A stretch of DNA of 64,000 nucleotides, from assembly GCA_019634385.1 (NCBI GenBank), contig JAHQVK010000175.1, positions 333-64,332 of the forward strand, read 5' to 3'. How positions within the stretch are numbered: the stretch's first letter is position 1; each line of letters opens with the position of its first letter. The position numbers and the translations under genes are program-made. The notes under the pieces were generated by a model, which saw only the letters and a list, made by a program, of their open reading frames with translations, ran no database searches and was not told where the DNA came from. This document shows positions 1-9,646 of the stretch, in pieces. This stretch comes from Myxococcales bacterium. GTDB lineage: Bacteria; Myxococcota; Kuafuiibacteriia; Kuafuiibacteriales; Kuafuiibacteriaceae.

Positions 1-63
1 AATACCCCGCTGAGCGCCCACTTGTTGATTCTAACAGAATCAATTCGAGTGGTCTTTGCTGTA
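1..63. repeat. family B element, copy B1 (truncated by window edge)
   Basis: ...cacttgttgattctaacagaatcaattcgagtggtctttgctgtag matches the right half of B. Confidence 0.6.
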
Positions 64-299
64 GTTTTACGCGAACAAGCTGAACCCAAAATAAGCTTTT
101 GTCCAGGCGGTGACAGAAAGCGCGGAGGCGCAATAGGAACTGCTCTCGAGGAGGTGTGGCTAAATTCTTACAGAGACATGCCCTAGTTTTTGCAGTACTT
201 GGAGGTCCTGTGACTTAGATTTTCTTATTCAGGGCTTCTCAGTTAGCTTCAGATGTCCAGCGGACTGAGAAGCCGTTTCCGATAGTTAGTTGACGAGTT

Positions 300-486
300 T
301 AGGGCGTGTCTTCAAACTCCGGCTGCGGAGATGACGCCGTATCCCGTGTTTGTGAGGGTTCGGCCCCGGAGGGAGGGTACTGGATGTACCGGACCGAGTG
401 TCCCGAAAGGGTGGCGAAGCCACCGAGCCCTCACGCATGTCGGAAACAAGTCAGAACGCGGTCCGGAGGTTGAAAACACGCCCTAG
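300..486. repeat. family A MITE-like palindromic element, copy A1 (forward)
   Basis: tagggcgtgtcttcaaactccgg...ccggaggttgaaaacacgccctag. 187 bp. Terminal 13-bp inverted repeats with an imperfect long palindrome. Flanked by TTAG/CTAG. Confidence 0.85.
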
Positions 487-596
487 TAAGACCTGACTGG
501 CAAGAAAGGTATGGCAGGGGGAGGGCTGACTGTCGACGGGGGTGGTTGTTCGATCCGGATAATTCTGTCCTAAGACTGGTGTGAAGTATAGTAAGT

Positions 597-1514
597 ATGG
601 CAAATTGGAAAGTGATGGTTATGTATGGTGCGCTGACCAAGAGCCTGAGACCCAATGAGTCCACCACCGAGCGAGTGCTAGATACGCAACCTGATCCCTC
701 TAGTAGCGAAATCGATGATGCTGAAAGTCAGTCTTCAGAAAATCAGAGACACTCTACTGATAAACATAAATTGCTACAGACGAAGGATTCGCCGCCGATA
801 CTCGGGTGGCCTCCCAAGGCTCCTCTCCCATCGGACCACTATCGTCGAAGTCTAGGGTCAAACTGGGTAGAAGTGAGCCAAGGAGCGCCAAATGGCCAAC
901 ATACCTCTGATGGATCAGAAGGTTCGGGGTTTGAAGATACAACGGCGCCGTCTATGGTGGGGTATCTTGGCCTGAGCCGAAGCAAACCACGTATCGTTGT
1001 TGGCAAGCAAGCAGAGGAGATGCACAGAGAGTCGTTATCTCCCCCGGAGAGGAAGACATTGGATATTGTTCCCTTTGATGTTCTGATTGGGGCAATCGTT
1101 GCTCTCGTAGTAGTGATGATGCAATGTGGCACTACTGCGATTAGCCAGTGGTGGTCCGATCGGCCGGTGCTGATAACATCTGACGGAGACGGGCGAACAG
1201 ATTTTCAGCGGGCAAGATGGCTATTCGGTCAACTAAGCTTGATTTCTGATACCCATAAAACATCAGGCAAAGAATGGGTTTTTTTGGAATTGTTTTCCGA
1301 GCTTTATGACTTGAGGAAGTCTACATTAGATTCTAAGATTGTATCTGTATATGACGAAGCAAAGGAATTACCTAAGTTGTTGGAAGTAAAAAAATTCTTA
1401 AAGAAAAATTTCTGGCCTGTATATGGTGAGGCTTTAGTAGAGATCATATCAGGAGACTTTGCGAGCACATCTACTAACTCAGTTAGTGATGAGTCACGAG
1501 TAGGATTTCAGTAA
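597..1514 (+). CDS. hypothetical acidic protein with one central hydrophobic segment
   Basis: 305-aa ORF in the track. It has no recognisable motif. It starts just downstream of repeat copy A1. Confidence 0.3.
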   Translation: MANWKVMVMYGALTKSLRPNESTTERVLDTQPDPSSSEIDDAESQSSENQRHSTDKHKLLQTKDSPPILGWPPKAPLPSDHYRRSLGSNWVEVSQGAPNGQHTSDGSEGSGFEDTTAPSMVGYLGLSRSKPRIVVGKQAEEMHRESLSPPERKTLDIVPFDVLIGAIVALVVVMMQCGTTAISQWWSDRPVLITSDGDGRTDFQRARWLFGQLSLISDTHKTSGKEWVFLELFSELYDLRKSTLDSKIVSVYDEAKELPKLLEVKKFLKKNFWPVYGEALVEIISGDFASTSTNSVSDESRVGFQ

Positions 1515-1537
1515 AACAGCCGTTTGGAGTCATTTGC

Positions 1538-2044
1538 ATGATTGAAGTGGCAGGTTTAATTCGTTCTCAGGCATGTTTTTGGTGGTCTTTGGTGCTTTTG
1601 GGGTTGGTCGGAAATTATGCATGTGCAAGTTCGTATGCCCCGGCTGTAACAATGAAGAAAAGACGATGTAAAATCTGTGGAAAGATTGTTGATAGTAGAG
1701 GTAGTCCGGTTAGAGATGTAACGGTAGTTCTTTTTAGCGGCTCATCCCCAGACGACGATGAGATTGTATCTGCTACAACTAATAAAGCCGGAGTCTATGA
1801 GTTTTATGATGACTACTCTGGAATGCCTATTTCAAGTGGAAAATATCTTATAAAGGTAGGAGGGGGGAAGCTTGGTGAGCAAAGGATTAGTATCAGTTTT
1901 GATGGGATATATTTGGCTTTGAAAAAACCTATCCGACTATATCGACCTAATGAGAATGTTGGCCGTTCAATGAACGAGCCACCCGAGGAGAGTGTAGATA
2001 AAGAGTCCACAAGGCCTAACACAGTACCTGTGTATGGAGACTAG
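1538..2044 (+). CDS. secreted protein with carboxypeptidase-regulatory-like domain
   Basis: N-terminal hydrophobic signal (WWSLVLLGLVGNYACA). The stretch GKIVDSRGSPVRDVTVVLFS...TTNKAGVYEF resembles the CarboxypepD_reg fold. Confidence 0.4.
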   Translation: MIEVAGLIRSQACFWWSLVLLGLVGNYACASSYAPAVTMKKRRCKICGKIVDSRGSPVRDVTVVLFSGSSPDDDEIVSATTNKAGVYEFYDDYSGMPISSGKYLIKVGGGKLGEQRISISFDGIYLALKKPIRLYRPNENVGRSMNEPPEESVDKESTRPNTVPVYGD

Positions 2045-2224
2045 GGCGTGCCTCTAAGTCCGGCTGGGAGATGACGCTGTATCCCGTGTTTGTGAGGATT
2101 CGGCCCGGAGGGAGGGTACTGATGTACCGGACTGAGTGGCCCAAAAGGAAGGCGAAGCCATCGGCGCCTCACACATGGGGGAAACAAGTCAGAACGCGGT
2201 CCGGAGGCTAAAGGCGCGCCCTAG
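2042..2224. repeat. family A copy A2 (forward)
   Basis: About 90% identical to A1. Bounded by ctag on both sides. Confidence 0.85.
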
Positions 2225-2518
2225 GGTATGTAGTCAGATTCGGACTAAGTCTATGGTTGGTTTTTAGTACCGAGTGCCTGGTGGCACACTATTACCTACC
2301 AAATAGGAGGGGTGCCTAAGGTCACCAGATTGTCGCCGAATGAGAAACGAGCAACGCCCACGTCTGAAGTTAGGATCCGCCAGAACTAGTATCACCAAGA
2401 TTCTAGCTCATGATACAGATGGTAACTACGCAGGACCAACAAGCACTTATTGTGTTCGAGCACTTATTGTGTGCCGCTCAGGTGTGTACTTGAGGTGTGT
2501 TTTAAGGGGTGATTATAA

Positions 2519-4474
2519 GTGACTGGCAGGCGGGTTTGTAGGCTCATTATTCTAAGTATGCTCATGTTGAATAATCTCGGATGTCGTGAAGTTCGCGAAC
2601 AAGATATTCGAGTAGTGGTAATTGGGCTGCAAAATCCCATAGATATACAAGTTTTTCTGAGTGGACAAAACGCGGGTAATGTAAGCCAACAAGGCACTTT
2701 GCATGCGACCTTACTGGCCGGGGATGGAGATGTTATTGAGGTTGGTGTCCGAGCCCCCCCCTCGCTCGCCGTTAAGACACCGCGTCCTCAACGTGTACGC
2801 TTCACCGCTGATAATCATCGACAGTCACTGCTGACCTTTGAGCTATTTATAGAGCAACCAACACGTACTTACGAGTACAGCATTATTCCACGAAATCATC
2901 TGGGTGGACACCTGCGGGTAAACGGGAAAATGGTAGGAGAATGGCAGGGGGTTGATGTTGTGAAGGGGCTCTTTAGTGCAGGAATTGGAGCGGATGTTGA
3001 GTTTCAAATATGTGAAAATGGTGGAGCTCCACGTTTGCCGTGCGACTATCTTCTTAGAAGTTATGTGGCCCCGCTCACGTGGGATTTGCAGAAAGGCCTT
3101 GATAGTTGTCCAGCCCGCGGTGAAGGCAAGTCGGATGAAAAAACAGTGCGGATAGTAGCTGGCGAAGTACATGATTTAGGCTCATTAGATTTGGAGAATA
3201 TGTCGGAGAACTATGATTGGGAGCAGTTAGAAGCTCGTCCGACCGGTAATCGATTAGTTGTGCATGGGGAGCTAAGCTCCTTGACTCGGTCGAGTCCCTT
3301 GCCCATACGTAAGTTGAAATCTCGAAATCTAATGATTCCGATTGAATCGCGTAGGAATTTTAGTTCTTTGGATGAAAAACATACCAAAGCTCAGCATGTG
3401 TCCGTGGAGCAGCCTCGCACTCGCCAAAGATTCAGCATAGACAGAGGGGACCTAGATGCTTCAGGACAACGAGTCACGGAAGGGCGTAGTAAGGTCGAAG
3501 GGGAGTTAAGAAAAAGAGTTCTGAAAAAGTCTCCAAGAAAAATTAGTTCAACGATAAGTACCAGTGCTAGCACCGCCGCCGCTTTGCCGTTGATGGATTG
3601 GGAGCAGCAAGTTGTTGCAAAGGAAGGCGGCTACCAGCAAAAAATGGAGCTGAAATCAGCTGGTGATGCGGCTCGTGAAGGTCTTAGGCCTTGGGAATCT
3701 TCGCCGGTGAAACTTAGTATATTGTGTGAGCCGGGTGGATTCAATTTGTGGATGGATGAGAGTCTGCTTATTGAAAACTGTTCTGGCCTAGCTGTTGTGT
3801 GGGTACAACCTGGGATTCACAAAATTTGGCTAAAAGCTAACGGGTGCCTCTCTCTTCGAAAACAATCCGTAGATGTACCAAAGAATGGGCTACCAGCCCC
3901 TGTTGCTCTGAAAGCAAATTGTGAAGACTGCCTAGTTTTGGCAAAAAAAAGATTGGAAGTAGGCCGTTTATCGGCTCGTCATCACCGTTGTTTACGCGAG
4001 ATTCGAAAATATACCCGTCGATGGATAGAAGCACAACGACTTTTGAGTCGAGAGTTTCAACATCAAAACAATTTGAACACAGCTGCCCAAATGCTAGAAA
4101 GAGTTTTATCAACACGCAGAGGTAGGTTGAGCGGAGATGTTTACGCTCAATTGGCTGAAGTGTACTACGATCTTAAGAAATATGACAAAGCGATAGATGC
4201 TTATATGTCTGCATGGCGCTACCGTTTGACCCTGGAGGGAGATAAAAGTCGGAGGATGGCTGTCATGCTCAATCTACTACATATTAATGCCGGCGCTCGG
4301 GAAAAATTATACTACAAATCTCGAGAAAATGGAGTTGGTGATGCAGATGAGTATCAAGCAGCTCTAGGTAGTTACCAGCGCTTACTTTTGGCTGCCCGAC
4401 AAGCAAAGAGTAGACAGGTTCTTAATGAAGCGGAACAGGGATTAGCAAGACTTATACGGGATGGTGGTTCATGA
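2519..4474 (+). CDS. hypothetical lipoprotein with C-terminal TPR-like repeats
   Basis: 651-aa ORF. N-terminal signal with lipobox-like LGC. The C-terminal 150 aa are helical-repeat-like (AQLAEVYYDLKKYDKAIDAYMSAWRY). Its stop overlaps the next start (ATGA). Confidence 0.5.
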   Translation: MTGRRVCRLIILSMLMLNNLGCREVREQDIRVVVIGLQNPIDIQVFLSGQNAGNVSQQGTLHATLLAGDGDVIEVGVRAPPSLAVKTPRPQRVRFTADNHRQSLLTFELFIEQPTRTYEYSIIPRNHLGGHLRVNGKMVGEWQGVDVVKGLFSAGIGADVEFQICENGGAPRLPCDYLLRSYVAPLTWDLQKGLDSCPARGEGKSDEKTVRIVAGEVHDLGSLDLENMSENYDWEQLEARPTGNRLVVHGELSSLTRSSPLPIRKLKSRNLMIPIESRRNFSSLDEKHTKAQHVSVEQPRTRQRFSIDRGDLDASGQRVTEGRSKVEGELRKRVLKKSPRKISSTISTSASTAAALPLMDWEQQVVAKEGGYQQKMELKSAGDAAREGLRPWESSPVKLSILCEPGGFNLWMDESLLIENCSGLAVVWVQPGIHKIWLKANGCLSLRKQSVDVPKNGLPAPVALKANCEDCLVLAKKRLEVGRLSARHHRCLREIRKYTRRWIEAQRLLSREFQHQNNLNTAAQMLERVLSTRRGRLSGDVYAQLAEVYYDLKKYDKAIDAYMSAWRYRLTLEGDKSRRMAVMLNLLHINAGAREKLYYKSRENGVGDADEYQAALGSYQRLLLAARQAKSRQVLNEAEQGLARLIRDGGS

Positions 4475-5781
4475 GCTCCGCTTATGTTCAATGGATGAAG
4501 AGAACACCTTTTATTATGGTCATCTTGTGGCTGGCTTCAAATTGTCAGGAATCGCTTCCAACCTTCTCTTCTGCGGAGGAGGCTTTGGTTCCTGAGTGGG
4601 TTCGGAACACGCTTGATCATCCAGAGAAGGCACAACTGATTTTTGATAACAACCCCGGATGGCGCTATTTTATTGAGGGAGATTACCTTCGGGCGCGACG
4701 CTATTTTCGGACGCGTGAGGAAGCGGCGAGTGAGGCGAGAGTTATGTTCAACCTCAGCCTTTTTTATCGAAATATGGCGGAGATTCAAGCAGACGCTCTG
4801 AAAAAATATTTTGTGGAGCGCGCCCGACTTCAGTTGGCACCTCATCGAGAGTTGGCTGTCCTTCGGCGTAGATTACAATCGTGGAGTCAAGAGAGGCGCT
4901 TTGAAATAGAGGCCAAGCCGCTCAGGATGCTCCATCCCAAAGTTTGGTCTCCTTGTTTGCGAGCTCGTGATTTAGCTAGCCAGGTGGGGTGTGGCTCTCC
5001 CAATGGGTTAGAGAGCAAATTGGAAGAGCTTCAACAGAAAATAGACGAACCGATTGTGCAACTTGAAATCCGGGATGGTGTTACTCAGTCTGTAACCGTC
5101 TTACGCTTTTTCGATCCGTTGGCAGCACTTGGATTGGCGGATGGGTATCTTCGACTCGCACTTCGGCGGATAAAACTAAGGGCTCCAAAGGCGCTTTATA
5201 ATCAAGTTTGCGCAACTCGCCCAAAAATTTGTCGGCCCTCGGAGCCTTTGGTCGATACATTGGAAGTTTCGGATCGGATTCGCCTTTGGGCTTTTTGGGT
5301 AGATCCCCCGAGCAGTACGCCGTCAAGCTTCTCAGATAAGTTCATCGAAGGCAAACAAGAGCAAATGTTTAGTTGGGCTCGGCGAGCCCAGCAGGCGGTC
5401 CGACGACGAGTTACTCGAAATATGGTCTCTGAGGAGCTAAGTGTAGATTGGAGGTTGGGATACCTAGCTAAAGTGTCTATCGAAAGGCGATGGGCGGAAG
5501 TCTTGGCTGAGCAGGGGAAGTGTGAAGAAGCTCTGTACGCGTATCAGATGACTCTTCAGGCGAAGCAAGAACAGAGTCTAAGTAGTATAAATACTCCGGT
5601 CGTTTGGTCCAGAATTGCTGCTTTGGCTCTCTGTGTTCAACATTATCCAACCGCTGTGATGGCACTTCATGCTCTGGAGAAGATGTATCCTATTGCAGCA
5701 TGTTCTCTGGAAATGGTGAAATTATGGAGGGTTTCACAGTTGATTGATATGTCTGATGGTTATCAGGGTCGAGGAAGTTAA
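4471..5781 (+). CDS. hypothetical secreted/lipoprotein
   Basis: 436-aa ORF with a hydrophobic N-terminus (FIMVILWLASNC). Its start is translationally coupled to the upstream gene. Confidence 0.45.
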   Translation: MSSAYVQWMKRTPFIMVILWLASNCQESLPTFSSAEEALVPEWVRNTLDHPEKAQLIFDNNPGWRYFIEGDYLRARRYFRTREEAASEARVMFNLSLFYRNMAEIQADALKKYFVERARLQLAPHRELAVLRRRLQSWSQERRFEIEAKPLRMLHPKVWSPCLRARDLASQVGCGSPNGLESKLEELQQKIDEPIVQLEIRDGVTQSVTVLRFFDPLAALGLADGYLRLALRRIKLRAPKALYNQVCATRPKICRPSEPLVDTLEVSDRIRLWAFWVDPPSSTPSSFSDKFIEGKQEQMFSWARRAQQAVRRRVTRNMVSEELSVDWRLGYLAKVSIERRWAEVLAEQGKCEEALYAYQMTLQAKQEQSLSSINTPVVWSRIAALALCVQHYPTAVMALHALEKMYPIAACSLEMVKLWRVSQLIDMSDGYQGRGS

Positions 5782-5792
5782 CTGGTTGGTAT

Positions 5793-7325
5793 ATGAGATC
5801 GAATGGGCGTTTTTTATATATCGTTGTTGGATGTGTCTTAGTCTGTCGGGTGGGATATTCTCAGGAATTTCGGTATGCTGAGGATGTGGCTCCAAGTGTG
5901 ATTAATCCCATGTTCTCGAAAGAGATGGTGGAGATTCGGCTTAATGAGCTCATGTTTTCTGGGCTATTCAAGGATTCCATTTTTATGGAAGCTGAAGGAG
6001 ATCTAGCAGAGACATGGAAAGTTAGTTTAGATAAGCAAAGAGTTGAAATAACGCTTAGGGAAAAGACATGGCATGACGGTAAACCAGTAACCGCTTATGA
6101 TGTGGCTTTTACGGTTCAAGCATTGAAGAGAGCAAACAGAGGGGCTCGCGAGTTTCGTCGGGTAGCAGCAATCTCTAAGGTTGAGGTTCTGACACCCAAT
6201 AAATTGGTGATAGAGTTCCATCACAACGTGTCTCGTCCATTGAAGTTTTTGTATTTCAAGATTATCCCTAAACATATACTAGTGAAACTCGCTCAAGAGG
6301 GAGAGATTGAATCAATCAAAAATAGTCCAATAGGTTCAGGTCCATTCGCTTTGGATGACTTTGTAGCGAATGAAATTCGGCTGCGACGTGTAGTCAAATC
6401 TGCTGGTGATGACGAGCGTATATTGGAAATCAGAGCCTTGCTGGCGGTACCGAAGAGTACGCAGATAGAGATGTTGAAGTTTGGTTATTTAGAAGCGATC
6501 GTGCGAGTACCACCGGGCAGAATAGCTGAAGTCCGAGCTATTGACTCCTGTCGCCTATATTCATATGAAACTTCGACTTGGTGGTACATAGGTGTAAATC
6601 ATGCTAACCATCATCTGGCTATAAGAAATGTTAGAGAAGCTATAGTACATGCACTAGATAGAGAAAATATTCGGCAGGCTCGACTTGGCGGGGGAAAAAC
6701 TATATCTGGGCCTTTTGCGCCTTGGAGTCCGTTTTACGATAGCAAGGTCACTCCACGGGAGTTTTCTTTGTCGAGCACGGAGCGCTTGATGAAAAAAGCC
6801 GGCTATCACAAGAAAAATGGCGTCTTCAGAGATAGAAACAACAGAATGCTTAAGCTTCGCATGGTTTTGAATATGCAATGGAGCTTGGTTCTTCGCGATG
6901 TAGCCCTAAGCTTAGAGGCTGAGTTGAGGGCAGCGGGGTTCATTATTGAAGTACAATGGCTGGATACTGCGACCTGGTTTCAAGCCGTTGAACGAGATCA
7001 TATCTACGATATAACTCTGGGAATTTGGACTTTCGATGAGGGTTCGAATATTCGGCCCTTGTTTCACTCCAAGGGTGAGAAGAACTTCATTGGCTACCGA
7101 AACCAGCATATGGACAAGCTTTTTGAGCGAGTGCAAGAAGTTCGAGACCCCGATATATTAATTGCCATTAATCGAAAGCTACATCGAATTGCATACGACG
7201 ATTTACCCTATGTTTTCCTTTGGTCTACACCCACCTATTCAGCAATATCGACAAAAATTTATGATGTAGATATTCATCCATTCACTTTTTTTGGTTCGGT
7301 CACTGAGTGGCGATACCAAAAGTGA
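5793..7325 (+). CDS. ABC-transporter-type solute-binding protein, family 5 (peptide/nickel type), orphan
   Basis: 510 aa with an N-terminal signal. Its length and motifs (GPFALDDF, GIWTFDEG, WSTPTY) are typical of SBP_bac_5. No permease or ATPase genes are adjacent. Confidence 0.55.
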   Translation: MRSNGRFLYIVVGCVLVCRVGYSQEFRYAEDVAPSVINPMFSKEMVEIRLNELMFSGLFKDSIFMEAEGDLAETWKVSLDKQRVEITLREKTWHDGKPVTAYDVAFTVQALKRANRGAREFRRVAAISKVEVLTPNKLVIEFHHNVSRPLKFLYFKIIPKHILVKLAQEGEIESIKNSPIGSGPFALDDFVANEIRLRRVVKSAGDDERILEIRALLAVPKSTQIEMLKFGYLEAIVRVPPGRIAEVRAIDSCRLYSYETSTWWYIGVNHANHHLAIRNVREAIVHALDRENIRQARLGGGKTISGPFAPWSPFYDSKVTPREFSLSSTERLMKKAGYHKKNGVFRDRNNRMLKLRMVLNMQWSLVLRDVALSLEAELRAAGFIIEVQWLDTATWFQAVERDHIYDITLGIWTFDEGSNIRPLFHSKGEKNFIGYRNQHMDKLFERVQEVRDPDILIAINRKLHRIAYDDLPYVFLWSTPTYSAISTKIYDVDIHPFTFFGSVTEWRYQK

Positions 7326-7630
7326 TCCAGTGGCTTTCGTATATATTACACTGTGATTTGACCGAATTCTATTAGGTTGAATCGATTCAAGATTATTTTG
7401 AATACTGGGAGCCGTGTTGTTGTCCGTTGCTCAGGTTTTTCCCGCGGCGAGGTCAACCAATTGCCGGCTCGTTGATTCGCCCCAGTAGTGATAGTTTAAG
7501 GCTGGCTTGTGGTGAGACGCTTTGACGAAGAGGCCCTGGGGGGTACGCAGCTGATACCATGCGAAGCCGCTCGGAGTTCTTTACGACACCGGCCGCCCGA
7601 AGCGGACTTGTTGGGCCAATCAACGAGCTA

Positions 7631-7778
7631 CTAGCAGGCCATCGGAAAAGTGAGTTATGCGCTTCGCTCGTCCTTTTTCCGTGGAAGGTCTGGACCGGCT
7701 TCGCCCTCTTCATCCGGAGCGTTCCACGGAAAAGATACTTCGCGGATCACCCATCCCACTTTTCCGATGGCCTGCTAG
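7631..7778. repeat. family C palindromic element, copy C1
   Basis: ctagcaggccatcggaaaagtgagtt...cccacttttccgatggcctgctag. 148 bp with 22-bp terminal inverted repeats. A3 follows after 2 bp. Confidence 0.85.
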
Positions 7779-7780
7779 GC

Positions 7781-8016
7781 TAGGGCGCGTCTTCCAACTC
7801 CGGCTGCGGAGCTGACGCGGTACAGCAAAGACCCCTTATTGATTCTTGCAGAATCAATAAGGGGTCGCGCAGCCGGGCATAGCCCGGCGTAGAATCAGGA
7901 ACTTGGGTTCAACCCAAGTGATTTCTGCTGTATCCCGCGTTTGTGAGGGTTCGTCCCCTCGGTCGGGTACATCCCGTACCTTCCCTCCGGGGCCGAAGTT
8001 GAAAGACACGCCCTAG
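7781..8016. repeat. family A copy A3 (forward, variant core) carrying nested B2
   Basis: The A termini are intact. The interior is interrupted after gacgcggta by a family-B element. It starts immediately after repeat C1. Confidence 0.8.
7823..7930. repeat. family B copy B2 (reverse), nested in A3
   Basis: cagcaaagaccccttattgattcttgcagaatcaataa...cttgggttcaacccaagtgatttctgctg. Flanked by ta/ta inside A. Confidence 0.8.
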
Positions 8017-8796
8017 CGTGATTGTGCCTAGTGGTTGAATCTCCACAATCAGTGCGGTTTCGGTGCTTGGATGCTCTTTGTTGCTGTCAGTAGGCTTTGG
8101 TGCCGCTTGAGAGTGTGGGAAGGTGTGTACGATTGCTGACTTGGCTTAGTGTTGATTGGTAAAAGGATCGCGCACGGGGTTGTAGAGCGAGGAAAGGGGG
8201 CTGGAATGTGGTGCTAGGTCAGCGAGTTATGGCGATACACAAGTGTTTGCTAAATGTAGGAGCAAAGATGTTGTACGATGGAGCGCGAGTATACGCTCGG
8301 GGGTTGTCGCCATCTTTGGCTATCCAAAGCCGACTGAAGAACTGTCAGGAGAATTCTTGGCACCGCCTGACAGACCCTGTGTCTGCTGAGATGTTGGGTT
8401 TGAAGAGCTACGGGATGGAATCGGAAGTCGATACCTCTCACCAGGGAAGTCGAGTTCGTGGCGAATTAACGTGTGTCTGGATCCTGAAGAAAGTTTGGCT
8501 CCGTTGGTGGCGTTCAATAAGGAGAGGCCAGGTGTTCAGCTTGTGGTTCAAGTTACTTCTATTTGAGTTGATTTCTCTAGGGCGGAGTGACCAGAGCAGA
8601 CCACTATGAGCTGTATCTTATTCGTGGTGAGGGGAGGTCCTGAGTAGGTGTCTTTTGGTACGTAGGAGAGCCGCATAGACTCAGTAATATTTGGCGAGCT
8701 TGCTATGGGCTTGAGGTCGAAGAGCAAGCAGATGTTGACGGAGATCATGCTGAATTTTCGATGAGCATATCTTCCGCGAATAGGTGATAGAGGTAT

Positions 8797-9639
8797 ATGG
8801 TCATGAGGTTACGATACATTTCCGGATTATGGATAGTGTCTATGCTGACGTTTTTGCTGGTTGAGGGCGTTTCTATTGGCGCTGAGCTGGTTGGTGACGA
8901 TGGAGTTCAGTCTACACTGAACCAAGCGAAGTATTACCGGGACAACGGTCGTTTGGCCGAAGCTCGAAGTGAGCTCGATACATGGCTGCGGTGCCATGGT
9001 AACCAGGACAACTTCCACATTCTTGCCGCTCTAGCTCGGGTGCAGTTTGAACAATTAGACTTTGATAACGCCTCCATGACATGGATGAAATTGCAAGGCC
9101 TATCGGAGCCCGAAGAGGTGGCCCCTTGGGTGTCATTCTTTGCTGAAAAGTGGCCGAATCTCGTGGGAGGGCTTGAAATTAAGGGCGATGGTCGTCCGGT
9201 GCTGTTCACTCTCGAACGCGCCGGATTGGTCGCTGACGCGGAGCTCACTAAAGCTTTTCTAGAGCGGGAGAAGCGGGTTCTGAAGCGTCTTACCAATCGA
9301 GTGTTTTATTTGCCAGCTGGGAGGTATCGCATCGACTCCGCATATATTGATGTTGTTGCTGATAGCATTGCGGAGGTATCAGTTTCAGAGCTCAAAATGG
9401 GGCCGGAAGCTTACGAACGAGCGAGGGACTATCCAGATAGCTATTCGTTCGTTTCAGAAGTCCGGACTTGTACGTCATCGTCTATGTTTAGTGATTCGCC
9501 GAAGCCTACAAATTTCTTTAGAAAAACGTGGCCTTGGTGGGTTGGCGGGATTGTGGTGGTGGGAACAGCTGTTGGGATCGCCGCGATGATTTCACCTGAA
9601 GATAACTATGTCATTGATTTCCAAAGAGATGGGAGATGA
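8797..9639 (+). CDS. hypothetical membrane-anchored protein
   Basis: 280-aa ORF with a signal-like N-terminus and a C-terminal TM segment (WWVGGIVVVGTAVGIAAMI). It is immediately followed by the TolB-like gene. Confidence 0.4.
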   Translation: MVMRLRYISGLWIVSMLTFLLVEGVSIGAELVGDDGVQSTLNQAKYYRDNGRLAEARSELDTWLRCHGNQDNFHILAALARVQFEQLDFDNASMTWMKLQGLSEPEEVAPWVSFFAEKWPNLVGGLEIKGDGRPVLFTLERAGLVADAELTKAFLEREKRVLKRLTNRVFYLPAGRYRIDSAYIDVVADSIAEVSVSELKMGPEAYERARDYPDSYSFVSEVRTCTSSSMFSDSPKPTNFFRKTWPWWVGGIVVVGTAVGIAAMISPEDNYVIDFQRDGR

Positions 9640-9646
9640 GTAGAGA

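Noticed and set aside
9347-9589. Nested 80-aa ORF inside the 8797-9639 gene, and many other 60-130-aa overlapping ORFs in the track
   Set aside because: These lie in alternative frames of better-supported longer genes. They are treated as non-coding.
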